From positions 310,001 to 374,000 of the forward strand of contig OZ287084.1 of assembly GCA_965645245.1 (NCBI GenBank): 64,000 bases of DNA, in the 5' to 3' direction. Shown in pieces: positions 13,350-26,526 of the stretch. Source of the stretch: Massalongia carnosa. Taxonomy: Eukaryota. Positions within the stretch are counted from its first letter, which is position 1; every line of letters starts with the position of its first letter. A program made the position numbers and the translations under genes. The notes below the pieces were generated by a model. It was given only the letters and a program-made list of their open reading frames with translations, ran no database searches and was not told the DNA's origin.

Positions 13350-14525
13350 ATGCCACCAACCCCCCTTCTTCTGCTAGACGGTGGCCTAGGCACCACCCTT
13401 GAATCCCCTCCCTTCAACATTACTTTCTCGCCTCTCACTCCTCTCTGGTCGGCCCACCTTCTCATCGCCTCACCCCAAACCCTTCTCGCGGCGCACCGCG
13501 CCTTCGTAGCCAACGGCGCCGATGTTCTCTTAACCGCCACTTATCAAGCTAGCCCCGAGGGGTTTGCAGCTACGCGGAGAGTCCTGCAAACGAAAAACGT
13601 GGCAGATGATAAAGCTTCGGGGCCTGTCGCTATGGGGGAGGAGATACTAGGGGGAGAGGGGTATGGTTTGGAAGAAGCTGCCACCATAATGCGTAGCGCC
13701 GTTCAAATTGCCGTGGAGGCTTTGACGGGCGTTACCCCGCAGGCCAAAAGCGGTAGAAAAGGACGTGTGGCGCTCAGTCTCGGTGCATACGGCGCGACGA
13801 TGCGCCCCAGCACTGAGTACTCTGGCGCCTATTTTCCGCCCCACATGGCGACAGCCGAGGGACTACGCGGTTGGCATGCAACCAGGTTAGAGCTGTTCAA
13901 ACACGATCCGATGATATGGAAGGAGATTGATTTGGTAGCCTTCGAGACATTACCGGTAATTGAAGAGGTGCAGGCAGTAAGAAAGATTATGAGGGGGGCA
14001 GAAAGGGCAAAGAATTGGTGGGTTAGTTGTGTGTTTAGAGGTGGTGAGAGAGGAAACGTGCTCCCGGACGGGACTTCTGTAGGGAGGGTAGTGGAAGCGA
14101 TGTTGGGGGATGATGAGGGTGTAGGGGAACCCCCGTGGGGAATTGGGGTGAATTGCACAGAAGCTGGAAAACTAGGTGAGTTGGTTTTGGAGCTTGAAAC
14201 AGAAGCCGAGCGGGTCCTTAGTGAAGGCCGGAGTAAAGACAAAGTGGAATGGCCTTGGTTGGTAATTTATCCGGATGGGGCACGAGGTCTGGCGTACAAC
14301 ACGAGCACGCAAGCATGGGAAGCAGCCGACAGCAGCCACTCACCAATTCCAAAAGAGGAGAAAGAGTGGGATGAGGAGATGGCTCAAGTGGTGGAGCAGA
14401 CGATGCATAGGGCCCGGTGGAAGGGAATACTGGTGGGCGGGTGCTGCAAGACTTCTCCTGCGGATATTGGGAAACTACGCAGGAGACTCGATAGCCTCGG
14501 AAAGCCGATGATTGAGCACCCTTGA
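13350..14525 (+). CDS. Homocysteine S-methyltransferase (SAM4/MHT1/MmuM family), intronless
   Basis: LLLDGGLGTTLE, LWSAHLL, GADVLLTATYQAS, SLGAYGA, EYSGAY, AFETLP, GVNC and GGCC zinc-binding motifs. Confidence 0.93.
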   Translation: MPPTPLLLLDGGLGTTLESPPFNITFSPLTPLWSAHLLIASPQTLLAAHRAFVANGADVLLTATYQASPEGFAATRRVLQTKNVADDKASGPVAMGEEILGGEGYGLEEAATIMRSAVQIAVEALTGVTPQAKSGRKGRVALSLGAYGATMRPSTEYSGAYFPPHMATAEGLRGWHATRLELFKHDPMIWKEIDLVAFETLPVIEEVQAVRKIMRGAERAKNWWVSCVFRGGERGNVLPDGTSVGRVVEAMLGDDEGVGEPPWGIGVNCTEAGKLGELVLELETEAERVLSEGRSKDKVEWPWLVIYPDGARGLAYNTSTQAWEAADSSHSPIPKEEKEWDEEMAQVVEQTMHRARWKGILVGGCCKTSPADIGKLRRRLDSLGKPMIEHP

Positions 14526-15073
14526 AGGGAGCCGCTGAGACATGCTCGTTGAGTGAAACGGAACGATGACGGTCGTTCCAAGCACATCACCAAAGACGCA
14601 CACTGTAAATTTCAATCTCCATTCGACAAGTTTAGAGCCCCTTGACACGCGATCTTTCGATTTATCTCCTTAATGGTTTGGATGAAGGGAGACGTTGAAG
14701 ACGGCAACATGATACTGCCGACTCCACATAGTAATGGACAAAATCCACCCCTTTGCATGTTATCAATGAAAGAGCTACCCCTCGACAAAATCCGAACCGA
14801 ATATACATTGTCTTCTCAGATCAGGCTTTCGCTCCTATCCTAGGAAACCCCCCTTTAACACACTTTTGCCGTATAAGAGTCAGTTAGGCGAGGTTCAGGC
14901 CTTTGGGTCATGCCTAACACACACATAGTCTCGTCCATTCGCGTCCCCTGTTCAGCGGCTTTCGCTCGATATCTGGATTTGTGAAAGATCTGAATTTTGA
15001 CAAGACTTGATTCGCTAGCTCTGGATGAAATTGCTCTTGTGCGTATTGTGGCTGTCTGGCCTCGAAGGCCGTC

Positions 15074-16443
15074 CTAGTGATCTGCTACTAGGATTGGAGG
15101 ACTTGAAGCTAGAGGGGGTTCTTGCAAAGGAGAACAACGGCAACGATGGGAAAGACATCCTGGATGTTTATTCGAGCCATCTGAAGTGAATGCCAATGGA
15201 ATCAAATATCTAATTTCGTTCTCGGAAAACACGAACCCTAGGAATTTTTTCGATATTTGTTCTATTTTACTTCGCTCGAGCAGTGGAAAGCTGACCCAGA
15301 TAAAAAGCAGTTCCAAAGGGCGTGACAAAGTTCAAAGCCTTTTGATTTGGATCAATCAATCAGCTGCTGTACGTCGTCCCAAATTCAGTAGTAACAAAAT
15401 TCCTTCCTTCAGCATGAACAGCCAGTCAGTCAACCCCCAAAACCCCTCCCCGCGTCCTGCGACTTCTCTCTCAGGATACTGTATAAGCAAAGCAGAAACA
15501 AGAAGAGGGTTACAAGACCGTCGACGTAACTAAATCATCAAGATAGATAGATACGCTGGCGCAAAGCATGAGTTATATATGCCCGATGCAGGTCTCGCCG
15601 AACCGCGTAGCTGTTCGTGCTCTTCGGGAATCCTAATGGGCGCAAGGTTCTTATGGGAAGAGCCCCTCCCCTCCAGGGAAGGGTGGATAACTGAAGGGGG
15701 AGCATCGGTTCGATGTGGTCATTCTCAAGATTTGCTACGTTTGGATTCTGTTGGTTACTAATACCCCCGAACATACTCTGCTGCATATTCTTTACATGGT
15801 ATACGAAGAGTAAGCTGATAGCATTCCTCGTCATAACTTTTCCTACAGTCATCCGCTTGCTTTTCGCAAACCCCTCTGACTTAAATGATTTAAATGCTCT
15901 CTTGTTTGCCACCGGCAGCTGACACTAAGGATAATGCCTACTTTAGGGTGCTGAAAGGCAGATCGTCGACTATAAAACCCGCGTCTTTCGCGTTGTATAC
16001 TTCTCATAATCTCAGCATAAGTATACTCTTTCTGCGATTTCGCCGTTTCAGCCCAAATCCCGTCCTCGTCAATATGCATCTGTCTTCGTTAATCCCTCTC
16101 GCATCGCTCCTGGCAACAGCAAACTCATGCACTTTCTGTCCTCACCCGAGTACTTTCACCGGCAGCCGCAAGGGGCCCCTTTTTCGACTAGAATGCTCCT
16201 TCGTGCATGAATGTACGCGTTATGATAAGCAGAGCTTGAAAAAGGCCTTTGAGAGTCAAGATGTCAGGTGCTGCCAGCATGACATGAATATTGAGCTCTG
16301 GTAGAAGACGGCTAAAGGAGGCCGTTTTGGATTCTATCGTTTACATGAGCCCTGGATTCACGGATCAGGTTTGTGTTCCCCTTTATCATTCATGATGTCA
16401 GCTGGTCCGCTCATAGTCGGCTTAGGAACCGGACGTCTATCCA
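15074..16443 (-). pseudogene. Possible decayed fungal hypothetical (F-box-like N-terminus) gene
   Basis: Fragments FSRLLPELNIHVMLAAPDILTLKGL and KKFLGFVFSENEIR resemble the start and the WGxVFWD-type end of a common fungal family; many stops and frameshifts. Confidence 0.25.
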
Positions 16444-17104
16444 TGATGACTTAGCCTACGGTTCGTTCTCTTTGTTGATGACCAGTTAGATGAGATACCA
16501 ATGAATAAGATAGCAACGAAAGGATAACATAAGAATTAGGCTCAATCACGAAAACTGGGTGTTGGACGATCCTGTAGCGTTGAATCGGTGAATCCACAGC
16601 CAACACTTTGCGTTTGGAAATATATATTTAAATGGTTTTTGGGGCAGATGGATCTAGATAAAAAACTGCGTGCAATAATTAACATTTGCCAGGAGGTTCA
16701 TTCGTCAAATAGCACATGCTGGCTACATCAACGGTTAACCAAACCCCATAAGTCTCCCGGTGCATATTGCTTGGGCTCACGTCAGGGTTGGCGAAAACAC
16801 AAGAAAACGATGTTGGCCTATAAGAACGGTATTTAGAATATCTACTTGACCCACTTAGGAGTTTTCCTGGTTAAATGGCGATAAAAAAACCTAGTGAGCG
16901 TGGTTGTACCACGCTGATCAATTCAATCTGTATGTATGATACTGCCCTGAGGACATATAGAACTCGCCGATGTCTCTGTTTGTCTTTGCGACGAATCATA
17001 CGGGAATACGTCGCGTGGACTGACACGCTGGTGTTTGGTCTTTCAATCGATCATCTCAGAATGACAGTGTCAACAAAGGGTACTACACGTTCGAGCATCT
17101 TAAT

Positions 17105-19185
17105 CTATGTGACCCGCCCTACAACCGGGTTGTCCACTCCAATGCCGATTTGAAAGGGTCGTATGGCTATCTCATCGTGAGTATTGGAATACTTTAACAT
17201 ACCCGGATGACCTACATCCGCCTCCTCATCCCTGATCTCTTGCACCACACTTGGGAGAGCATCCCGCATCACAGTTTGCGGCGCTAACATTTTATAGAGC
17301 TGGCCAATCCGCACCATCTGATTCATGATCCATCTTTTCTGGCCCCTGCGCAAGCCAATCGCATTCAAAGAGGTTTTCAACGGCTCTAGCAAATACCAGC
17401 CACCAAATGCCGCCGCCGCTCGACGTTGCTCACCTGACAGTTTTGTGGCGCCAAGGTAGGGATACTCTACATGCGGGTTATCCCCGGGTCCTCCACAGGT
17501 TTTCGTACCCAAATGAAACGGCACGCTGGCGCATATATCATCGACGAGCTCCTGCGTAGTTTCTAACGCGGCTTTGGCATGTTGGCCGAGATCATCATCA
17601 GGCGCTGAGCGGAGTCGAAAGACGCAATGTAGCACAATGGAGAGGATCATCAGCCGTTTGGAGCGGTACGAATTCCAGATGTTGGCCATATTCAAGTCTG
17701 TGTAGAAATCGGACTTGCCCCCATAGGTGAAGAGATCGCAAGGTGTGTTTGGAGAGAGGCGTAACCCTGATGCTGGGTGCCATATCCAGCTCTCGGGCAC
17801 CGACCGAGCCCATTCTTCCAACTGGCCATCAACATCAACGGCAAGGTACAAGGTTTGCGTGATCTGATCCTCCGAAGCAGGGTTTTTAAAGTTTGCAAGA
17901 ACCATCTTGGCTAGGGCGCGAAAATCCGCTGCTTTAGCTAAGATTACTGTTAGCCGGTTTGCTGTGTTCTGCGGTAGACGTGTGGCAAGATCATTTAGAT
18001 CTATGGCGTCTTTGGCATACGGTCTAGCAAAGAAAATTGCCGTATTTACCTGAGCGGCGTTCATCAGCCCTTGGTTGCGCATTTCAGCGCGATGGACCTA
18101 CCACTTGGGTGTGAACAGCGAGCAGCAGTCTCGTCGCTAAAGCCGACTCATAGTTCTTCTCGGCGCGATGTTTGATCAACGCCAAAGCGCCCGCATCATG
18201 GGCACCCGAGCAATGGCTTGCTTCGACAGTTGTAGTGATGCGCTATGAACATATATCAGCCAGATCTAGTAATGCTTGTCCGCCATGGAGAAGGCGTTCA
18301 TCGGCTGAAGAAATAGAAAGCGGATCCATTTAGTGTTCACAACGCAAAAGAGTTTTGACAAATTGGAGAGGAACCCGCAGAAAAGGTTATGTGAAGCCGG
18401 CTGACATCAAAGCAAGAGACGGGTATGGAAATCATTAACCTCATAAAAACCCAAGAGTAAGACCGCCAACAACGTCTCATCTTTGATCGATTCAATAGGA
18501 TCCTGAACGAGAAGGCTCGTCATGCGTAAGGCCTTTCCAAACATGATTTTTCCCAACTGCCAGTCGCCACGGTGCTTTGGATCAGCCCCAGATATTACAA
18601 GAGCCACCGAGGACGTGGCTAAGGATAGGAGAGAATCATGGCGAGCTGTATTATACAACGGAAGTAGCACCTCCAAAAAGCCACATTGCGAATCTGGGTG
18701 AGTTGGTATGAGGACAAAGTTGGAGAAAAAAGAGCAAATGGCCCCCTGCTCTGGGCAATCGCTAAACACCCGAGGGATCGAATACCTGCCTTGATGGGCA
18801 GATAACCGGGCCGTCGCCGCGGGGCCTTTGGATGGAGGGACAACATTCTTTGATCCGGCACCTCCAGTCACTTGGGTCCGTTGCTGCTTTTGCGCTCTTC
18901 TCTCCGCCTTGTGCCGAACGGACTGAGTTTGATCGCGAAGAACAAGATCGAAGTACTTGACATATCCCGGACACGTTCTCTTGGTGTTGACGCACTGCGA
19001 GCATGCCGGTTTTGCTTCATCACACTTTGATATGCAAAGGCATCATGTTAGATGGTGATTATCCCGGCGGAGATAGCGAGTGCGAGTGATGGCGATGTGG
19101 AAGGGAGTTCTAGAGCCTCACTCACTTTGATTTTGCGTTTCCTGCAATTCTGGCAGCCGGTGCTTGGCTTTCCTTCGTAAACCAT
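17105..19185 (-). CDS. Zn(II)2Cys6 transcription factor with fungal-specific TF C-terminal domain, 4 exons
   Basis: MVYEGKPSTGCQNCRKRKIK|CDEAKPACSQCVNTKRTCPGY (intron 19125-19025); DETLLAVLLLGFYE|...AHDAGALALIKHR; WNSYRSKR; DDICASVPFHLG. Confidence 0.92.
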
Positions 19186-19244
19186 TCGAATGCTACGCCA
19201 GATATGGTAAAGGCTAAGGATGCTTCACTTGCAGAACCGGTACT

Positions 19245-19305
19245 CCGCTGTACTCTGTATCGAGTACTCTGTATCGAGTACTCTGTACCGAGTACTTTGT
19301 ACGCC
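19245..19305. repeat. Tandem 14-bp repeat (ACTCTGTA[TC]CGAGT)x~4 in the divergent promoter/5'UTR
   Basis: actctgtatcgagt-actctgtatcgagt-actctgtaccgagt-actttgtacg; a further copy near 19340. Confidence 0.8.
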
Positions 19306-19905
19306 CGTACGGATGGGGGGATTGGCGTTGGAGGGAATCCTCTGTACCGAGTAGATATGCTCGATTGGGGCCTAGCTGACGATGAGATCTACATACAGAT
19401 CTACATGATCATCAAAGAGTCGTACTTCAGTAAGTCGGTGTAAAGTCACATGACATGTGTTCTAAATTAAGAGTACAGATGACGTATTTCATTCAAACGG
19501 CAAGAGGTCTTACCTAAAGGGGATGACCTTGCGATGGTGTGGCTGGAGAATAGTTCCATTGCAACGGATCAATAGTCCTTCCGCGCTTTTCCCGTCTAAC
19601 ATCCCCTGTTACCCCCCCCTGTCCCTCCCACGGGATTCGCTGTTCATTCAGCCGCCCCCTAAACTCAAAGGGGATAGCCTTGCGAGACCGACCTTTCTAC
19701 ATGGCTGAGTATGTGTTGACGAGAGAGTGCAATGCTTGGCTCTAAATCCTCGGAATGTCCTGAGGGCATATATAAGCCATGGCAACCTGCTCTGATCACT
19801 TTATTCCAACATCCCCATCCTTACTCGACAACGCGAATCCGTCCTCATCTGCTTTCTGCTCCTATTTAGTGAACAGCTTGCACTTCCTCTCGCTGCTCTC
19901 ACATC

Positions 19906-21008
19906 ATGTCACCCCAACACTGTACCGATATAACCGCCCAGTGCACGGTGGAAAAAACCATCTATGCCTATTACCCATCTCTGCCTGCTAATGCTCTCTT
20001 CTGCGGCGCGTTTGGACTGTTGCTGGCGGTGCAGCTGTTCCAGGGGTTGAAGTGGAAGTCATGGACGTTCATGATTGCGCTGGCCTTGGGATGTCTGGGA
20101 GAGGCTGTCGGTATGACTGCTTTCCGACGAACTCGGACCCACTCGGCACCAGCTAACGATGTGAAGGATATGCCGGAAGAATCCTGATGCACGGCAACCC
20201 CTACTCACAAGTCGGCTTCAACATGCAGATCTGTTGCTTGATCATTGCTCCAGTTGGTTTCCCTAATTTTCCCACCCATTCTCCTCTCTTCGTTGCTAAT
20301 CGCTCCCCTTCAAGGCGTTTTTTTCTGCGGGTCTTTACCTCACCCTCAAACACATCGTCCTAACTCTTGGACCCCAATACTCTCGTCTCCGCGCCAAATA
20401 TTACACCTGGCTCTTCATCAGCTGTGACCTGCTCTCACTGATCCTCCAGGGCGCGGGCGGCGGCATCGCGGCAACGGCCAAAGACGACGACACCAAGATG
20501 CAAAAGCTTGGCAACAACTTGATGATGGCCGGTATTGTCTTCCAGGTCATCACCCTCCTCGTCTTTGGCGTCCTCGCCGCCAGTTACGCCTGGACGGTTT
20601 TCCGGAATCGCACCCATTTTAGCCAGTCCACTATTGTTCTGCTGTCGAACTCCCGCTTCCAGCTCTTCCTTACCTCCCTCGCCGTTACGTTTACGGCCAT
20701 CTTTACTCGATGCGTTTATCGTATTGCGGAAATGGCGGGTGGGTGGCGGAACCCGATCATGCAGAACGAAAGGGAGTTCATCGTGCTGGATGGAGTGTAG
20801 GTTTTTTTCATCCTCAAACCATATAACATCGCAAAGGAAACCTGACTGATTTGACCCGCGTTTTAGAATGTGCCTCGTTGCCACGCTATGCCTGACAATC
20901 TTCCACCCGGGCTTTTGCTTTCCCCAAATGCAGATGAAGAACAAGAACTCCACAGGCGAGCAGTTCACAGAGTCTAAGCAATTTTCTGACGTTGAATCTA
21001 CTAGCTGA
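19906..21008 (+). CDS. RTA1/RSB1-family 7-TM lipid-translocating protein, 4 exons
   Basis: YYPSLPANALF; GCLGEAVG|YAGRIL; QICCLIIAP|AFFSAGLYLTL; FISCDLLSLILQGAGGG; AGIVFQV; RCVYRIAEMAGGW; EFIVLDG|MCLVA...FHPG; TATA box at ~19769. Confidence 0.93.
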
Positions 21009-23090
21009 GGTTCTTCACGAGTCTCCTTGTGGCATGTTTTTTCCCAATCGATGTGTACAACGGGTAGCGTCTAGGTGTATCGGTGGCTTGATCTAGTTTA
21101 TTCCCTAGCGACGGAGTTCTTGCATGCCGGTTTCATGAGGGAAAGACGCTCTAGACTTGTTTTCCTTAGACAAAAAGGGAATGGTGACTTCCGGCGTTGA
21201 CTGTAGCAGTTTTCTTACCTTAGAAAGTACGCTGTATGAAACGGATGTTCATATACCTCTAATATAAGCTCTCCGCCTCCTGACCCCTCCACTTCCATCC
21301 CCAAGTGAAACCCCATTCCAGACATCTTGCACCACAGAAAATCAGCTTTGCTTGATATTAGAGGACTCGTGATTCCTTCATACACTCACAGTTCATGCTG
21401 TACTGTATAAGGATGCGCATGCACGTATAGGGCATAGCTTACTTACATACATACCTCTCGTCTCTACCAGGAAAACCCCCTTTTTCCCGAATTCCTTAAT
21501 TGACAAGGTTACATAAACCCAACCAAAAAAGATCAAGTTTCAGCACCGCCAAGGGAGATCCAGGGTTTGCCTATGAGTAGAAGTCTGTACGTAAGTACGT
21601 AAGCATATAGTACGTAGGACTGTAGCGAGCCATCCAACCCATCTATTCGGCGGGTTTTCAGAGCAATACCAATCCTCCTTCCGGGCCCCTTTCTGTTTTT
21701 CTTCTATTCTTTCTTCTTTCTTCTTTCTTGGCAAGGGCTGGTTTCTGGTTCCTGGTTTCTGATTCAGTTTCAGCGTAGGTAACTATGTCTGTAATCAGTA
21801 AACCCACTGTGTATACCTAACTAGAAGCGACTAGAAAATAGACGAGTGGATGAATGAATGATGTTTTGATCCGGCTGAGGCTGAAACTGGAATTGGGCTG
21901 TTGGGAAGAGGTGCACGTGAATTTTTTGTTGAAAGGGGGGATCATGGTTTTGGAAAATGGACCGGCTGTTTAACGTTGAAGGTAAGACATACCTACTTAT
22001 AGAACAAGTATACGGAGTATAGGTTTCCTTGGAAGTTAGCACGACAGGCTGAATTTAATTTCGAGGTTGCGGATCTTTTGGACAGAAGTTACTCTACCCT
22101 ATCACGTCACATCCGGAACGGTAGAGCTACCTGTTGTATACTTGACAAACCACTTAGTTATGTGCGATGAGAGTGACCAGACTTCTTGTTGACCATTTCT
22201 TTCTTATTTCCGAACAGATCCGCACGGGACTGGGCATCTGTTTTTGTTCCAAGTTTCTCACGTTATAACTAGAGTGTAGTAATTCTACCATGTATGTGTA
22301 TACGTATCACCAACATGGGCGTTGTCTTGCTGGAGGGCCACGCTTCCTCCATTCTCCCAGACACGGGATTATCCACGACGGAGCGCAGAACATGAAAAAT
22401 TTGAACAGTTGGTTGTTTCAGCGGAAAATATGCGTAATCGAAAGATGCTCTGACGGGGTTTGTAATGAAATTCTAGACTGTGTGTAGGTAGTTATAGCAG
22501 CTAGAATTCCTCCGCATGGTATCGATCCCCACGAGTTTGGGAAGAACCATCTTAAGTGTCGTGGGATGGTTGCTGCGGTCTTTGGGGAAGGGGGTCTTGT
22601 CACTGGTCTTGCTTTTATGGTTGACCGATGCTAGATGGGGGGTTTGCAACAGCGGAGGAAGGAAACGGGCGTGTAAAACCCGGTTGAAAAGCGCTAAACC
22701 GTTTCTCCATGATAAATCGCAAAAAAACGCCATTTCCACAATGGAGGGACTTCCGAGAAAGGTGGTATGTGCCATAGACTGCTGGAAACGGGACATATAT
22801 GGAAACTGTAGTTGATATTTGTACGAGCTTTGTATAGGCACAGCGCAAAGAACCGGCACAAGAAAGACATTATGAGAAGTAGAAGCTCGACAATCAAAAC
22901 CGAATGGAAGGCTGCAATCACAATCTTCAAGGAAGACACGGAGGGACCTCATACTGTAGCCCCCACGGTCTGTTCTCATGCCCATCCCAGCGGGTGTTCC
23001 TCGTATGCTGAGCGGTCTCCTTACCCTCAATAAGACAGGTATTTTCATTCCACCGCCAAATTAAACTCCAGTAAAAGTCCTAACGTCCAA

Positions 23091-25367
23091 TCATATAAAT
23101 GCGCCCCCTCGGCTAGCCCGTCCTTCCCATTCTTTGGGTTCCCTTTGTAGTTGGGTTTCGTCCCCACCGGTTCCTTGTTTGGCGGATGGGGCCGAATCCT
23201 CCAGCGTCGAATCTCTCGCACCGTGGTCTCTGCGTTGCCTCTGCGTTTCAAATACCTCTATCTCCTTCTCCTCTGGGATAAGTCGAGGAGCGGAGGAAGA
23301 TTTGCCGTCTATTTGCCGACCTTCAAGCTGCCAGTCTTCCTCATCCGAAGTGTAATCTGGCAATGGCAGCATAGCAGCCGAATCTCCTTTGACGAGCCCA
23401 AGCCGCTCCTCCTCTGTAGCGGATTTGTTTATGCTAGATCGGTTGTGGTCCTTGCTGCCCTGCCGTGAACCGAGCCCAATTCGCGATGATGGTCGAGCAG
23501 AGTGGCTACTGTCAATTGAGGCGTCATTCTTATGGCGATTAAACACGTTTTGAAAAGAGTACTGGCGCTTAGTAGTATGTGGCGGCGGGTTTGGTGCGAG
23601 GCTACCTTTGGGCCTGGCGTTCTCATGCTCCACGGTTTCCGCCCAGCTGATCGGTTTTCCATACTGGTCCACTTGCGAGAGCTGACTGCTATCCGTAGCT
23701 TCATCTTCCCCCGCGCGATGTAGGCCTTGCGGTAAACCAAAAACATGTGACCCTTCGGGAGCTCCACCGGAGATTGCTGCAAGTCGAGTCCTAGCCGGAT
23801 TATTATCCCCCATGTACCCAGGAGGTGGAATTTCCATCATCGCCACACGATTTGTCGGACTTGTTCCGGGTTCGGAAACTGTGCCAGGAGTCTTGCTCTG
23901 GCCTCGGAAAAGCGTGGTCTGGGCCCGCCTTCGAATGCTATTCATAAGCCCACCCGGAAACCCTCCATGTACGTCGGTGTCGTTCGGGCCTGGCCAAGCA
24001 TCTTCTCCTTCATCATCTGGGAAGTGCGCCATTCCCAGAGGTGGATGCAGGGTTTTCCTTGTTTGTAGATTCTGGCCAGGCCCACTTATTGTGGTTTTCC
24101 TTCGTCTGAGGCCATCCCATTCTACCTGTTCATTCTCGCCGATAGGCTCCATCTGATCTTTGAGCTTCTCCTCATGGACTCTTTTCGCTTCTGCTGCTTC
24201 AGCCTTTTGTCTAGAGTTGGAAAGCCGGCGTATAATGGCGGCTGCACCACGGATAGCATCAGCTTTCGGCTCTGATTCCGGCTCTTCCTGTTCAGCAACG
24301 GTGCGAACTTGATCAAGGTCACCCTTGAATAGAGCCGCGTCCGGCACGTCCTTCGCAGATTTCGAAAGCTGTAAAAGGATCACACCAGAGCAAATCTGCA
24401 GAAATCCCATCACTACCGTTATTGTTGAGGTCGGAGTCCCCTTGAAGCCCCGGAAGAGTATAGCCGATGTGACAATCGTGGAGCTTGTAAAGAATACGTA
24501 ATAGGTTGGAGTGACCAGTGCAGCGTTAAAAAGATTCAATGCCTTCTAGAACCAAAGTTAGCGAGATCATAGAAGGTGAACGTTTTTCCTTACGTTGAGG
24601 AAGATAATCTCTGTCACAAGGGTGGCGACTACAAACACCAACAATACGTACAAGAACCATTGATTAAATTGTGCCTTCCCTCCGGCTTGAGCCACCACAG
24701 CTGCACCCAACCCCTGGGTTGCCACCACGCTCAACCCTCCAATCAAGCTGCAAATGCTCAGATATACCAACATACTCTTCTTGCCGTAACGTGGACCAGC
24801 CCACAAAGCAACAAAAGTACATCCAGCAACCACAAGCCCTGCATAGGTCAGAAATCCGGGTGCGATGACAAAATGCTTCATATCTTGTATCGTAGCCGCA
24901 GAGCTTTGGGAGGGCGCATTCATCACGATAACCACCGATCCGATGATGCACATAAAACAGCCCACTTTCCCAACAAAACTCAGTCGTTCCTTAAGAAAGA
25001 TGGCAGAGAGAATCGTAGTAATGACGACAGATAATGCCCCTAGCGGGGTCACCAATATCGCATCCACAAAGGCATATGCCACGAAATTACAAATTTCTCC
25101 AATAATCATTAACGTCATTCCAGTCCACCAAAACGTATTCTTCAAGTACCCATAACCCTCACCAGCCTCCTCGTTGTATTTCACGTTGGCTCTTAACAGT
25201 CCTATCTTTTTAAGGACAAAAGACGTTCCAATAAAAGCACCCGAAGCAATGGCTAATGAGATCCCGATGGCCTTGTAGACAGGAGGGCGGTCTGGTTTCG
25301 CTGGATTAGGGTCCGCTCGAGCATAGAGCTCACTAGCAGTCGAGAGCAATGCTGTCGTAGATTCCAT
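23091..25367 (-). CDS. NIPA-family magnesium transporter (DUF803) with long disordered C-terminus; intron ~24593-24546
   Basis: FIGTSFVLKKIGL, WWTGMTLMIIGEICNFVAYAF, LVTPLGALSV, FLKERL, EIIFLN|KALNLFNAALVTPTYYVFFT. Confidence 0.95.
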
Positions 25368-26526
25368 GATAAAGTATTGCTTTCAGCACCACCAGGAAAA
25401 GACAGCGGCGCTTTGTGCGCGGTGTCCTACACCATTCGCCACTCACACCAGGCGACGGTTAATATACCAGATGATCACCAGGTAGTAAGGAGAAGATGCG
25501 GGAATTTTGCGAGCTATCTGGGTCTTTGCGCCACTGTCGTGAGCGTTGTACTAGTCTTGGTCCTGAGGGAGTCAGCCTGGCTACTTGTGGCGCACTAGTC
25601 GGACGTGAATGACCTTGGATCTACCCAAAGTCCTAAGAAGGGAGTTTTAGGTCTTTGGTTCTCGCGAGGAAGTTTGCAAATACTCAAACCTTCAGACAAT
25701 GGAAAGTTGGGGGCAAGACGTGATTAAGCATAAGCCCACGGGTCGTCGTGAGAAGGGTGCCACTGAAGTTTGCCCTGTCTCTTCTAATAATATGGGAGGG
25801 GAAAAGATAGGTAGATAGTCGCGGAAGATGGGTCTGAGGCTTGTTAGTAACGATGCACGAAGGTAGAGGTGTACGTGCCTGGTTTTCCAGATTGCTGTAT
25901 TACGTACTCCTTACTCCGTACTCTGTACTTCGTATTTCAAAGTACTTTGTACTCATTTCCTTGGCGCCGTGGTGTTCCCCTGTCCGCTGGTCGCGGAACT
26001 CTCAAACAGGATATGACGTGTGCTCTCTCGGCGCGTCATTTCTATTCCCCGAGCAACCAATCAATTCAGATGCTGCCGGAGAAACCCCCCATTTCTGTCA
26101 CGTAGATCATACATTGTCGTCGTCACATTGTGGCTGTGAAATGAGGCTTTGAAAACCATGCGCACATCGTTCTTAGATCCACTACGGAGTAGTAAACCGT
26201 ACTACCTACGAAAAGACCCGTCAGGTCCTAACACCAAAGGCTGACTTGGTACTATCCTTATACTATATACGTAGCACTCGATTCTCAAGAAGTGATAGGC
26301 ACAGGTAGACCGTGAATAACCGGTGTGCATACTCCGATAACCACCTAGCTGCAAATGTCCTGCCAAACGAAATTCCGCACCTCCTAGTCCAACTCTTGCG
26401 ACATCTTCATTCGTCATCTCATAATCCATTGTTCATATTTCACAACACCAGCCCATGCATCGCATCCAACGAAAAGCGAAAAGCGAGACGTATTCTAATG
26501 CACGGAAAGCTACGTATAACCTGATA

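Noticed and set aside
19245..19305. CRISPR-like repeat array
   Set aside because: Contiguous tandem repeats without spacers, in a eukaryotic genome with no cas genes
22473..23048. 191-aa minus-strand ORF downstream of the NIPA gene
   Set aside because: No recognisable motifs; overlaps the probable 3'UTR
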